This document shows positions 1-10,757 of a DNA stretch of 64,000 nt, piece after piece. The notes beneath the pieces were generated by a model that was given only the letters and a program-made list of their open reading frames with translations, did not search any database and was not told the origin of the DNA. The stretch spans positions 186,001-250,000 of the forward strand of contig BCKZ01000004.1 of the NCBI GenBank assembly GCA_001600815.1. Reading direction: 5' to 3'. The stretch is from Alloascoidea hylecoeti (Eukaryota). Numbering within the stretch: position 1 is the first letter of the stretch; every line of letters starts with the position of its first letter. The translations under genes were made by a program, and so were the position numbers.

Positions 1-38
1 TCTAAACGATATAATTTAAATATTCTACTCATTCCATA

Positions 39-1978
39 ATGAGAGATTTCGAGGAGGATTTCGACCAGTTTAAAAAAGAGGTTACAAAACAATCACAGCA
101 ATATCATGGTAATGATAGGATTTACCTAATTAATTTAGAAAAAATGTTCGGCGATTTAGATAACCCTTCAAATTTAAAATCCTTTCAAGAATTCTTCTTG
201 GGGTTCTTTGGTGCTGAGCAAGACGTCCTTCATATGAAGCAGTTCATGATGAATATTCCGATAACTGGTCTATTCCAGTATCCACAGCTTAATAGACCAA
301 CAATGTTAAAGAAAAAAAAGAGCAGAGTTGCATCGATTTCCAATGCGGAAACAACCACTAAAAGCTCTAATGCAACCAGTAGTAAACTCAATCGAATGGT
401 TGATTATTTCTCGAAAATTCAATTAGTATATGGTTCAACTCTTGACATGAGTGCATAGAGAGTCTATATTGAGACAGCACTTAGTAAACTCCCTCAGAAT
501 AAGCTTAGAATCTTTATAGATCAACTAATGTTTCAAGGTGTTGTTAGGCTCGATTTGAACGAAGGTGTAGTTTCAACGTATCTCACAGCCAAACTATTCA
601 ACCCTGGTATCCATCTGTTTAATTTATTAGCTGGCAAAGATCTTCTGCTTGCTAATCAAAAGCCAGCTTATTTTTACAAAGAAGAAGGTCCAGAATTAAA
701 CTTGAGGACGGTCTCAGATTACGTGATAGTAAATAACAACAATAATTTGGTGTCCATAGAAGTTAAGCGTCCAATGTTGTTGGGGATGCTTTATAGTATT
801 AAACCTTTCAAACCCGCTGAAAAGTTTGGTAAAAAGGCAGCAGAAACGATATATCAGTGCTTAAACTTAAAAACAACATTTTCAATTATAACTGACTACT
901 ATATCATCTTCTTTATAGAGATTGCAGAAGCCGAAAAACAAAATCTTAAGAAGCACGATGGGAAAAAAGGTTCTTATAACAAAATTCAAATAAACTATCA
1001 TGTAATGCAATATAAAGACCCCAACGTTTTATTATTTTATACCATGTTTTTAAAAAAATCCATGCAACGGTATGAAGGAAACCAAATAGCTTCAACTAAA
1101 GTTCAAAAGAATCTTGAATCAATAGGTGCCAATCTTCGGAAACCTGATGGTGAAATAATTGAGGAGGAGAAAACTACTCGAGAAAATTTAAAAAAATGCT
1201 TTGAAAGCACAGAAATTATTAAATCTAAATCAATTGGGTTATGTGAAATGGATCTTATGATAACCACTAATAGAACATGGAAAAAACACATTATACAGTT
1301 CAAACCAGGAAAATATAATTCCAGCGTATTTCTCTTTGAAAGAAAAATGTTTTCTTAAAACTCATTGATGAGGGAAAATATGAAAAATTCCAAAATCTTC
1401 CTGAAAAGGATCTTATTATTAAGATCTTAGACCCCGTTCAAGTTCCTCGGTATAATTATCGATTAAGTGCAATGGGAGAAAAATGTTGCAGTTATTTCGA
1501 ATCCGAAATTAGGTGCTATGACAGAATAACCAGGGAGAAAAAGAAAAGAAGCTTTAAAAGAATTGCACCGGATCTTTACGGTTATGGATTCTGCAGTGGT
1601 GTAGATAAAAATATTTTAACTTCTGGGTTGTTTATGATTTTGGAATTTATAGACGGAAACAATCTAAAATTTAATGACTATGTTATAGCCGAGGAGAATT
1701 TAAACTATCTTCATTCACTGCAGATTGCTCATTGCGATATAAAACCGACTAATATGAAAAAAACAAATAAGGGAGAAATCTTTTTTTTTGATTTCGGTTT
1801 TAGTAGTACAACCAGAAGACCCTACAATAAATCAAAAACCAAAACTAATCTCCTAACTGCTCAAAATATCAGACAAGACAAGGATCTGGAAAAACTACAA
1901 TATTATAAAGATATACAAGGACAGAAAGAAAAAGAAGCAAATCGAAATAAAAAAAGGAAGATCACAAAGAAAAAATAA
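39..1978 (+). pseudogene. Disrupted gene: PD-(D/E)xK-like domain fused to a C-terminal protein kinase domain
   Basis: ORFs 39..458 and 528..1358 share a frame, separated by one TAG (456-458) with open sequence after it. A 1-nt shift in the T-run near 1350 joins the frame of 1472..1978, restoring LIIKILDP (kinase subdomain II-like). The kinase part has HCDIKPTN and DFG. The middle part has SDYVIV...IEVKRP and IITDY. Confidence 0.7.
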
Positions 1979-2110
1979 AAATAAAAATAAAAATAAATTA
2001 TTACCGGTCTTGATATCTTTGTCTATTTATTTATCCAGTTTTCTGTTATTTAACATCTATCCTTTTTAACCGCATATATAAGTTATAAAGTTTCTATACA
2101 CTCGTTATAT

Positions 2111-2965
2111 TTAATGATTTATGTCTCCCTGTTCTTGTAAAAACGTAGCATCATCAAAATCATCATCATTCATAATAACATCCTTCTGTATATGTTTACG
2201 CCCACCTCCCTTTCTAACAGGAAGTTGAAAAACTTTACGGCTGTTCTGAATATCTTTATCTTTTATATCTTTAAAACTATCCATTGGTTCATCTTCTTCT
2301 GTATCGATGCCTTCATCTGAATCATCGTAAGGTCTTTTTATTCTAGAATCATCCTCTGAAATATCTTCTAAATCTAATGGATGAAGTGTAGAGATACCAT
2401 GATTAGACCTAAACATTTTAGAATTTGAGATTGGAATAGATGAACCAAAATATGAATTGAACGATGAACCATATGCATCGTGTGTTAATCCCGGCAGCGT
2501 CGACGAATCAGTGGGTAACAAAATTCTTTCATCGAATGAATTTATTCTAGTATTAACATCATCATCGTCTTTATTCATCCGTTTTGGACCTGGAATTTTA
2601 AAATCGACAGTTGCTTCCTGCAATGACCTTAAATATCTTTGTTGTTTATTAACTCCATTAAGTGAATTCATCTCATGTGCTCTAATATAATCATTTCTAT
2701 ATGAATAATCATTATAATAGTCAGTTTTAATATCTTTATTGATATTTTTATCATGATTCATGTTAGTTTCATTGAGAAAACTACTATAACTATCGTCAAT
2801 ATTATCCTTATCGGCCTGTGTTTTATAACCATCAGAAACGCTTTTCCGGATCCTCATTCCTAAAGTTGATAATTCATCAACATTTTCAGGATTATCATTG
2901 TACTTATATCGACTTGAATCTGATTTTGTAAAAACACTTTTATGCTTTTTGGATCGGTTTAACAT
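2111..2965 (-). CDS. DIF1: Ribonucleotide reductase inhibitor, Dif1/Spd1/Sml1 family
   Basis: Hug-domain motif LSTLGMRIRKSVSDGYKT; acidic C-terminal DDFDDATFL; otherwise low complexity. Confidence 0.75.
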   Translation of the reverse strand: MLNRSKKHKSVFTKSDSSRYKYNDNPENVDELSTLGMRIRKSVSDGYKTQADKDNIDDSYSSFLNETNMNHDKNINKDIKTDYYNDYSYRNDYIRAHEMNSLNGVNKQQRYLRSLQEATVDFKIPGPKRMNKDDDDVNTRINSFDERILLPTDSSTLPGLTHDAYGSSFNSYFGSSIPISNSKMFRSNHGISTLHPLDLEDISEDDSRIKRPYDDSDEGIDTEEDEPMDSFKDIKDKDIQNSRKVFQLPVRKGGGRKHIQKDVIMNDDDFDDATFLQEQGDINH

Positions 2966-3259
2966 TTTTAGATATATTATAATATTTCGATTCTTTTGAC
3001 CGTTGAAAGATATACGTCATTACGTAATATAAAGCACGTGCCGATAGATCAGATACATAATCGATCAATAGATTAGTTATTTTATATGACACGGAGACAC
3101 AAAAGGAAACAATATATATATATATTAGCAATATTAATTGTAATATAAACAAATCAAAGCAAATAAACAAACAAGCCAAAAAAAAAAAAGATTACGATGA
3201 TGTTATCAAAATATAATAATAGGTTTGTAAAAAAAATATACATAACAATTTTACCCAAT

Positions 3260-6055
3260 TTATAATTGATTGGATTCATTTTCTTTCCATTTTAATAAGT
3301 AAGATAATTCTTGTTTTGAACAGCCCATACTTAAAAATGAATGATTTAATAATTCATCAGTATTTGCTCTTTTTTGAACTTCAACATATAAACAAATTTT
3401 TAAAAAATCTTTAATTTGTGGTGATAATAATTCAGGATTTTTTAATTTTGGGGTACCATTTGTTGCAATTAAATATAAAGCTTTTAAAGGTTCTTCATTT
3501 AAATATGGTGGTTCACTTTCAATCATTTCAATTGTCATTATACCTAAAGACCATATATCAACTTTTGAATCATAAGTTTTTTGTTTAACAATTTCTGGAG
3601 CCATCCAATATGGTGTACCAACCATTGTTGCTCTTTTTTTTTTTGAATCTGATAATTTTGCACAAAAACCAAAATCTGTTATTTTAACATTACCTTTTGC
3701 ATCTAATAAAACATTATCAGATTTAATATCTCTATGAATAATATTTTTAAGATGTAAGAAATTCAAACCTTTTGCTGTTTCAAATATAATTTTTGAGATT
3801 TGATTTTCTTTTAATTGTAAATTATTTTCAATTATATCTGTTAATGCACCACCTTCCATAAATTCCATAACAACCCATAATTCACCAGAAGATTTTAAAT
3901 AAGAATCTAAAAAATTAACAATATTTGGATGTTGACTTTCTTTCATAACTAAAATTTCATTTACAATTAATTCTTTTCTTGGTTGAGATTTTAATAACAT
4001 TTGTTTAATTGCAACTTTTTGTCCATGTCTTTTAATTGATCTTGCAACATAAACTGATCCACTTGCTCCTTGACCAATTTTATCAATTTTTTGATATAAT
4101 GGGGTTGGATCTTCAGATGATACAACTGATTTTAATTTATTAATTATTTGCGCTTCTGTCATACTCGATAATCGTTTATCAACTAGTTTTTTCTGACTAG
4201 TAGGATTTTTAATAGTACCATGAGTATTATTAGTAGGATGAGTGTTATTATTTTGATTATTATGATTATTATGATTATTGTGATTATTATGATTATTATG
4301 ATTATTATGATTATTTGGTATTTTATTTGGTGCTTGTGGACGAGGAGCTTGTCTTACTGGTTGCAATTTATTATCATTAACATTTTTATGTGATGGGTTA
4401 GTTTGTGATGATGATGAAAGTTTAGCATAACTGGCAGCAACAGCAGCAGCACTTATAGGTTGAGAAAAGTTTTGTTTTTGTTGTTGCTGATGTTGATATT
4501 GTTTTTGTTTTTGTTTTTGTTGTTGATAATATTGTTGTTTTTGTTGTAATATTTGGTAATGATTATAACGAGAAGCAGTTGTGGCTGGTGCCGACTGGGG
4601 TGTTTGAGGGCCAGAATGATTATTATTAATATTCATAGATCTTAATTGCTGCTCTTGAGAATGTTTCACATTTAGTTTAGTATTAATTTTAGGTAGGGAT
4701 GGAGGAGGAGGAGCGGCTCTTATTGGAGTATAATCCATGACTGATTTATTCGGGATCGTGGTTTGAAACATCCCAGGAACATTTTTATTGTTATTAGGAG
4801 GTATGGTATTATTAGGTATGACAGTTCGCTTTTCCAATCGTAATGGAGCAGTTGGAGCATCATCATCATCAAAATTATAAGATGTTGCATCGGATTTTGG
4901 AGATTTATCAGAACTTGAACCAGAAACTGAATAGCTTGAATTTGATTTTGATTGTGGAGAATTATGTTGTATTAATTGTGGTCTTGAAATGGCGGTGATT
5001 TTTGGAGTGGTTGTGTTTGATACACGTCTCACTGACGTAAAGCCTTGCATATGAGGATGTTGGATTTCCTTATCACTAACATATGAGGATAACGAAGGTG
5101 ATGAGGTTGTAGCTGCTATTGATGGTCGTTGTCGATCACGTAAATCTATTAATTTATTGTTATTGTTATTGTTATTGTTATTGTTATTGTTATTGTTATT
5201 GTTATTGTTGAGGTTATGATCATTTGCTTTGATATGAGACTGTTTCGAACATGCGACATTATTATATCTTTTTGGTTTTGAAACCTCATTTGAAAATTCT
5301 GATGGAGTAGGAGCAGTCATAGATCTTGTAATTTGATTTCTATGTGTAAGATCATTATCATCATTGATGTTTTCATTATCTTTCCCATTTTCTTTCATTA
5401 GACGTCTAAGTTCAGTTGCAAGATTTGGATCAGGGGAATTAATATCAGAATAAAATTCCAAAACATCAATAACAACCTGTGGATTTCTTTGAAAATCGTC
5501 AGTTGTAATAGCACTGTGTGATAACATTTTAGCCCAAGTATCAGGCAAGCCAGTAAAACTACCAGAATTTGAATCAAACCCAACATGGGCAACATGAGTA
5601 AAATTCATTGGTCCTGATACAGCAGACCCTGCAGCCATTCCAGTAGTACCAGTAGATTTTGACCAAATAACATTAATCCAGTTAGAAATTTCTTGATCAT
5701 TTTTACAACTAACAAAAGTAGATTTTTGAGACCCAGTTCTAATGATTTCAAAACAATAAGTTTTAGTTTGAACTCTTGAAACATTACTTATAGTTGATAA
5801 AGGGATTTGGTATGGATCATCATCTAATTTTGAGGATTTATAAAAAGAAAGAGAAGAATCATTTAGGACCAAATATTTTTTAGACCAGATCAAAGAAAAG
5901 AAACTTTCATCTCTGACCTGAGCCCAACCTTCATGTCTGTTTTTGGGGTAGTGAAGGGGCTGGGTAGTTGGTTTGGGACCTGGAGGTTTAGGCGCAGGCC
6001 CCGGATTTGAAAAGGCTTGGCTTGTAAAAGCAGTGGCCGCCGCGGACAAAGACAT
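3260..6055 (-). CDS. CLA4: PAK-family Ser/Thr kinase (PH + CRIB + kinase)
   Basis: N-terminal PH domain, CRIB motif VSGPMNFTHVAHVGFD, kinase motifs GQGASG, HRDIKSDN, DFGFCA, TMVGTPYWMAPE. The PH domain favours Cla4 over Ste20. Confidence 0.93.
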   Translation of the reverse strand: MSLSAAATAFTSQAFSNPGPAPKPPGPKPTTQPLHYPKNRHEGWAQVRDESFFSLIWSKKYLVLNDSSLSFYKSSKLDDDPYQIPLSTISNVSRVQTKTYCFEIIRTGSQKSTFVSCKNDQEISNWINVIWSKSTGTTGMAAGSAVSGPMNFTHVAHVGFDSNSGSFTGLPDTWAKMLSHSAITTDDFQRNPQVVIDVLEFYSDINSPDPNLATELRRLMKENGKDNENINDDNDLTHRNQITRSMTAPTPSEFSNEVSKPKRYNNVACSKQSHIKANDHNLNNNNNNNNNNNNNNNNNNKLIDLRDRQRPSIAATTSSPSLSSYVSDKEIQHPHMQGFTSVRRVSNTTTPKITAISRPQLIQHNSPQSKSNSSYSVSGSSSDKSPKSDATSYNFDDDDAPTAPLRLEKRTVIPNNTIPPNNNKNVPGMFQTTIPNKSVMDYTPIRAAPPPPSLPKINTKLNVKHSQEQQLRSMNINNNHSGPQTPQSAPATTASRYNHYQILQQKQQYYQQQKQKQKQYQHQQQQKQNFSQPISAAAVAASYAKLSSSSQTNPSHKNVNDNKLQPVRQAPRPQAPNKIPNNHNNHNNHNNHNNHNNHNNQNNNTHPTNNTHGTIKNPTSQKKLVDKRLSSMTEAQIINKLKSVVSSEDPTPLYQKIDKIGQGASGSVYVARSIKRHGQKVAIKQMLLKSQPRKELIVNEILVMKESQHPNIVNFLDSYLKSSGELWVVMEFMEGGALTDIIENNLQLKENQISKIIFETAKGLNFLHLKNIIHRDIKSDNVLLDAKGNVKITDFGFCAKLSDSKKKRATMVGTPYWMAPEIVKQKTYDSKVDIWSLGIMTIEMIESEPPYLNEEPLKALYLIATNGTPKLKNPELLSPQIKDFLKICLYVEVQKRANTDELLNHSFLSMGCSKQELSYLLKWKENESNQL
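5156..5209. repeat. (AATAAC)n microsatellite encoding poly-Asn in CLA4
   Basis: Direct reading of ttattg repeats. A 9-nt (NNH)n repeat also occurs at about 4255-4315. Confidence 0.9.
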
Positions 6056-6343
6056 TATTCTTTATTTGGAGTTAAGAAAAAGAAGGTAAAAATATAATAT
6101 AAAATATATAAAATATGAAATATAAAATATTGAAAAAATATTCGACAAAAAAATAGAAAAAATAGAAAAAATAGCGGATTTCTGACCGAGGAGTTGTGGT
6201 AAACAAAGAAGGAGGGAGAGCGGCCATTTTTGGTTTTCTTAGTTCCGCATCTTCTCGGTTTTGGGTTGGAATGGACGCGTCTTTGTGCTTCAAAGTGCTT
6301 AATCCGGTAAATAACATGCATCCCACCTTAATCCGGTCTCCAA

Positions 6344-7170
6344 TCAACAAAAATAGAAATTTTTTGCATCCAAATCTTTTAACTTCATAATAGCTTCAAC
6401 TTTCGAAATTATATCTTTTGTTTTAATCTTGGTTTCTTCATTTTGATTTCCATTTTCTTCATACAACTCACTCATTTTCATCATTTCCAATAATTCTTCA
6501 GGGACTTTACTAAATAAAGTATGATGTTCAATTAAAATATAAATCACTTCAATACTTAAAAATTGAAATTCTCCATCGTTATTATTACTTGTAGTTTTTG
6601 CATATAAAACACTTGGTGCAATAACTGTAGCTAAATTATGACAATCCATTTTTGATCCTGAATCTCCTTCCATTGCTGCAAATGATCCAACCCAATTAAA
6701 AAAGTTTAACAATACTTCAATTAAATCTCTATTAATTGATGGTAATAAACAATAAATTAATTGCATAAATTTTAATTTTTCATTAAAATTTATAATTTTT
6801 TGTGATTCAATCCATAAATCATATAAATTATAAGTAAATAATGGTTCTGGTAAATTTCTTAACCATTGTTTTAATAAAGCACTTAATTGTATAACATTAA
6901 TATTTTCAAGTTTTTTAAAATCTGATGTTATATCTGGATTTATATCAATTAATTCTCTAAGCTCTTTTAATTTTTTTAAATTTCCATTTTTACGGAAAAC
7001 TCCTTCAATTGACATATCCATTGATCTTAATGTTGATATTAAATCATCTATAAATGTTGGGATTTTTAAAGTATTTGGCCCATCACCAAAACTTGATTCT
7101 GTACCATATTTTAAAATTAATGTTTCTAATGGAACACCAAATACTCCATTTTGATTATCATTTTCATTAC

Positions 7171-7234
<64 letters not shown>

Positions 7235-10200
7235 TTCGTTTTCATTATTGTTTAAATTTGATGAATTAATTGATAATTGATCAAAATCTGAATTTATAAT
7301 TAAATTATTATTTAAATTATTTGTTGTTTTTGAAATTGATTTACCAACTTTATGCCAAAAATTTAATGTTCTACGAATTGGTATAAATTGTAATAATTGA
7401 TCAATTGTAAATTGTTTTTCTAATGGATAATAATTTTTAATAAAAATTATTGAAATATGACGTAATAAAAAATGCTCTTCAACATTTAATTCTGAATAAA
7501 ATTTAAAGATTGATAATTGTTGTAATTCTTTTGATAATTCTAAAGATTTTCGATTTCTTTCATATCCATATTCATAAATTTTATCATCTTCTAAATTATT
7601 TGAAATATCATCTTTTGATAAATTTGTAAATTTTTTATTAATTACTTTAACATTTTGTTTTTTTAAAATTGAAGAATTTTGTAAATTTTGAAATTTATAT
7701 GAATTTGACATTTGTTCTCTTGCTTGTTGTCTTGCAACAATTATATTAATATCATCTAATGTTAATAAATTTCCATCATTTTTAAATAATTCTTTTTCTT
7801 TATTTTTATTTTTATTTAATTGATTAATTATTCGATCAAGTCTTGAATTTGTTGTATTATTATTATTATTATTATTATTATTAGTATCAGCATTAACATT
7901 AGTATTAGTATTAGTATTAGTATTAGCGCTTGATGTTTTTGATGATGTAGATGATGATGGTGGTTTACGTTTATATTTATTTGAATTATATCTATTTGGT
8001 AATGGTTTTTTCAATTGTTGTTGTTGTTGATGATGTTGTTGTTGTTGTTGATTATTATTTTCATTTTTATATTCAATATAAGATTTTGGAGTATTAATAT
8101 TTAATGATATATTAATTATTTTAGATGGTGAATTTTTAACTAATTTTAATTTTAGTTTTCCTAATTTTTTAACATCTGATAAAGTTTTTAAATAATTAAC
8201 ATAATTATTATTATTATTTGAAGTTAAATTTGAAATTTCATTATTTGTTTTCATTATTGATGAAGATGTTGATGTAATTGGTAACTTATTTGTAATTTTT
8301 TCATAATTTAATGTTGATTCTAATATACCTAATTTTAATAAATAAATTAATTGTGATAGATAAGTAACACCTTCAAAACCAGATTTATAAATATTTTTTT
8401 GTGATTTTAATTGTTCAATTGCTCTTTTTTGATTATTATTTAAATTTTGAATTAAATTATTATTTTGATTATTTTGATTATTTTGATTTTGATTATTTTG
8501 ATTTAAATTTGAATCTAAAATATCATTAATTTGTTTATCTATATTTAAATTTATTTCATTTAAACAATCATTACAAAAAAATTTCCAATTTTTTGAATTT
8601 AAACAAGTTGAACCAATTTCATTTTTTAAATTTTTAAAACATTTTGAACAATTAAAACAATTTGAATGAATTCTAATATCTAAAATTTTTGGTTTATTAA
8701 TAGTTGCTATTGATGAAGTTGAATTACTTCTATTTCTATTATAATTATTATTACGTTGATGAACATAATTATAAATAAATCTTATACATGATTCATTAAT
8801 TGATTTTTTACAAATAAAACATGAATTTTCTGAAGTTGATGGAATTGAAATTAAATTATTAATTTCATTAATTTGATTTTTTAAATATGATTTATCAATT
8901 AATGTAATTGATTTTAAATTATTAATTGATAATGATGATGAACATGGTGGAGATAAAGGTGGAATTTTTTCATGTAATATAACTTGTTGTAAGAATAAAT
9001 TTAAAGCAATAGTTGAAATATCTTGTTTATTACATTCTAAAGCATTTGAAAGACCATATCTAATCATCAATTTTAAATAATGGGCTAAACTTGTTGCAAT
9101 ATTTAAAAGTTCTTGATTATTATTATCATCATTTGATAAACATTTTAATTTTAAAATTGTTAAAAAAGTCATTATTTTCATCATTAAATATTCAGGTTCT
9201 TTACCAATTAAATGAAATTTAGTATTTTTATTATAAAAATCATTATCATCATCAATATCAATACTATTTCTTTTTAATTTTGATGAATTTGAAGTTGAAG
9301 TTGAAGTTGGAGGTTTTTTAGTTTTAAATAAATTTGTAATACCTAAAGAATCAATTCCTTTAAATAAACATTCAATTGTAAGTATAAATTTAGTAGTTAT
9401 TTTTAAAGAATTTAAAATTAAATTATTTGAAGAAAATTGTAACATATAAGAAATACAAGTAGCGACAGAAAATTCAAAAGATGATAAAGTTAACCATATT
9501 ATTGATATTGTTTTATCCATTCTTGTTTCTAAATTTAATAAATCATTTGGATTTAAAGATTTTAATATATCATTTGAAGTTGATGATGAAGATGAAGAAG
9601 AAGGTGGTAAATTTTTAATACCTAAACAATTAAAATCAATAATAATTCTCCAAAATTTAAAAATCATATGACATTCAGGATGCCAATATAAATTTTTACC
9701 ATTTTTAAAATCTTCAATAAATTGATTAATTATGAAACAATTACAGCCATTACATTTTTTTGAAAAATTGATTGAAAAATGATAACGACAATAAATTTGA
9801 TTATTAAATTCATAAAAATTTTCATTTTCTTCAAATTTTGTGTTACACCGACAACAAGTTAGATGATCTAAATGATATTTATGATTTAAAGCGTTGATAT
9901 ACGGTTCTCGGATTGATTTATTACATGAAAAACATATTAAATCCTGCCGTTTGAAATAATCGTATTCACATAACGGGACCAATTGAGTGTCGTCTAGTTG
10001 TAAAGGGAAGAATTTAGTCGAGCATAATTCTCCACAGTCAAAACAGGTGAAACATTCGATGTGAAAAGATGAACCAACTGCTTTGATAAACTGCGCATTG
10101 ATGGTTTTGTTGCATTTCGCACAGAATTTGATTTTCTTCACCTTTTTCCTGGAGGAGGGGGAGCCTGAGGGGGAGCCTGAGGGGGAGCCTGAGGGGGAGC

Positions 10201-10634
10201 CTGAGGGGGAACATGAGCGCAAGGAGCCTGCGGGGGAACCCAAGCCCAAGGAGCCATGTGAGTTGGAGGGGGAAATCGGCAGTTGTAGGGTGGGTGTCTG
10301 GGTGTCTAGGATAAGGTTAATAGTGTTATTGGCGGGCCTAAAAGGGCTACTTACGTCTGGGAGGGGCGGGCAGCGTCACGGGGCGGGGACGGGCGCCCGG
10401 AGTGTGTGTCTGAGGGGTGGCGGCCGGCGGGCGGGGGCGAGGGCCGGCCGAAGAGGGGAGAGACAGGGATTTGGAGCGATGTGTATCCGTTTTGGGACGC
10501 AGAGAGGGGGGAGGGCGGCGGTGCGGCTTCCGGTTCGGGACGGCCGCAGGGGGGTGCGTGCGGACGTCCATTTGGCTGTGCTGCTCCTGAGGATCGCGTT
10601 GAGGATCGCGTTGAGGGTCCATTTGAGGGTCCAT
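6344..10634 (-). CDS. LRG1: LIM-domain RhoGAP; predicted exons complement(10355..10634, 6344..10305)
   Basis: Tandem LIM zinc fingers and a C-terminal RhoGAP (EGVFRKNG, KMDCHNLATVIAP). The long ORF has no ATG at its start. A 49-nt intron 10306..10354 (GTAAGT...TATTAAC...TAG, phase 1) joins it in frame to an upstream exon starting MDPQ at 10634. Confidence 0.88.
7173..7233. repeat. (AAT)n trinucleotide repeat encoding poly-Asn in LRG1
   Basis: Uninterrupted tta run read directly. Confidence 0.9.
10155..10210. repeat. 12-bp tandem repeat GAGGGGGAGCCT x4 plus a partial copy (SPSG repeats in LRG1)
   Basis: Read directly; lies in the GC-rich island at about 10150-10760. Confidence 0.9.
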
Positions 10635-10757
10635 TTGGCTTCTTCTGGTGCTTTTTGCAGGAAAACAAGTGGAATGGGCAGTTTTAGGAGGCTTCGGGGG
10701 TGTCTGGGTGTTCTGGCCCAAACCTCCAACTTTGTCCGTGGAGCATCACCAACTGCG

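Noticed and set aside
7054..7269. Poly-Tyr ORF and similar short antisense ORFs inside long genes
   Set aside because: These are shadow frames of microsatellites and biased codons on the opposite strand of real genes.
10083..10757. 225-aa N-terminal extension of APC1 in the ORF track
   Set aside because: It starts at TTG and is the antisense of LRG1 coding sequence in a stop-poor GC island; APC1-like sequence begins at ATG 10758.
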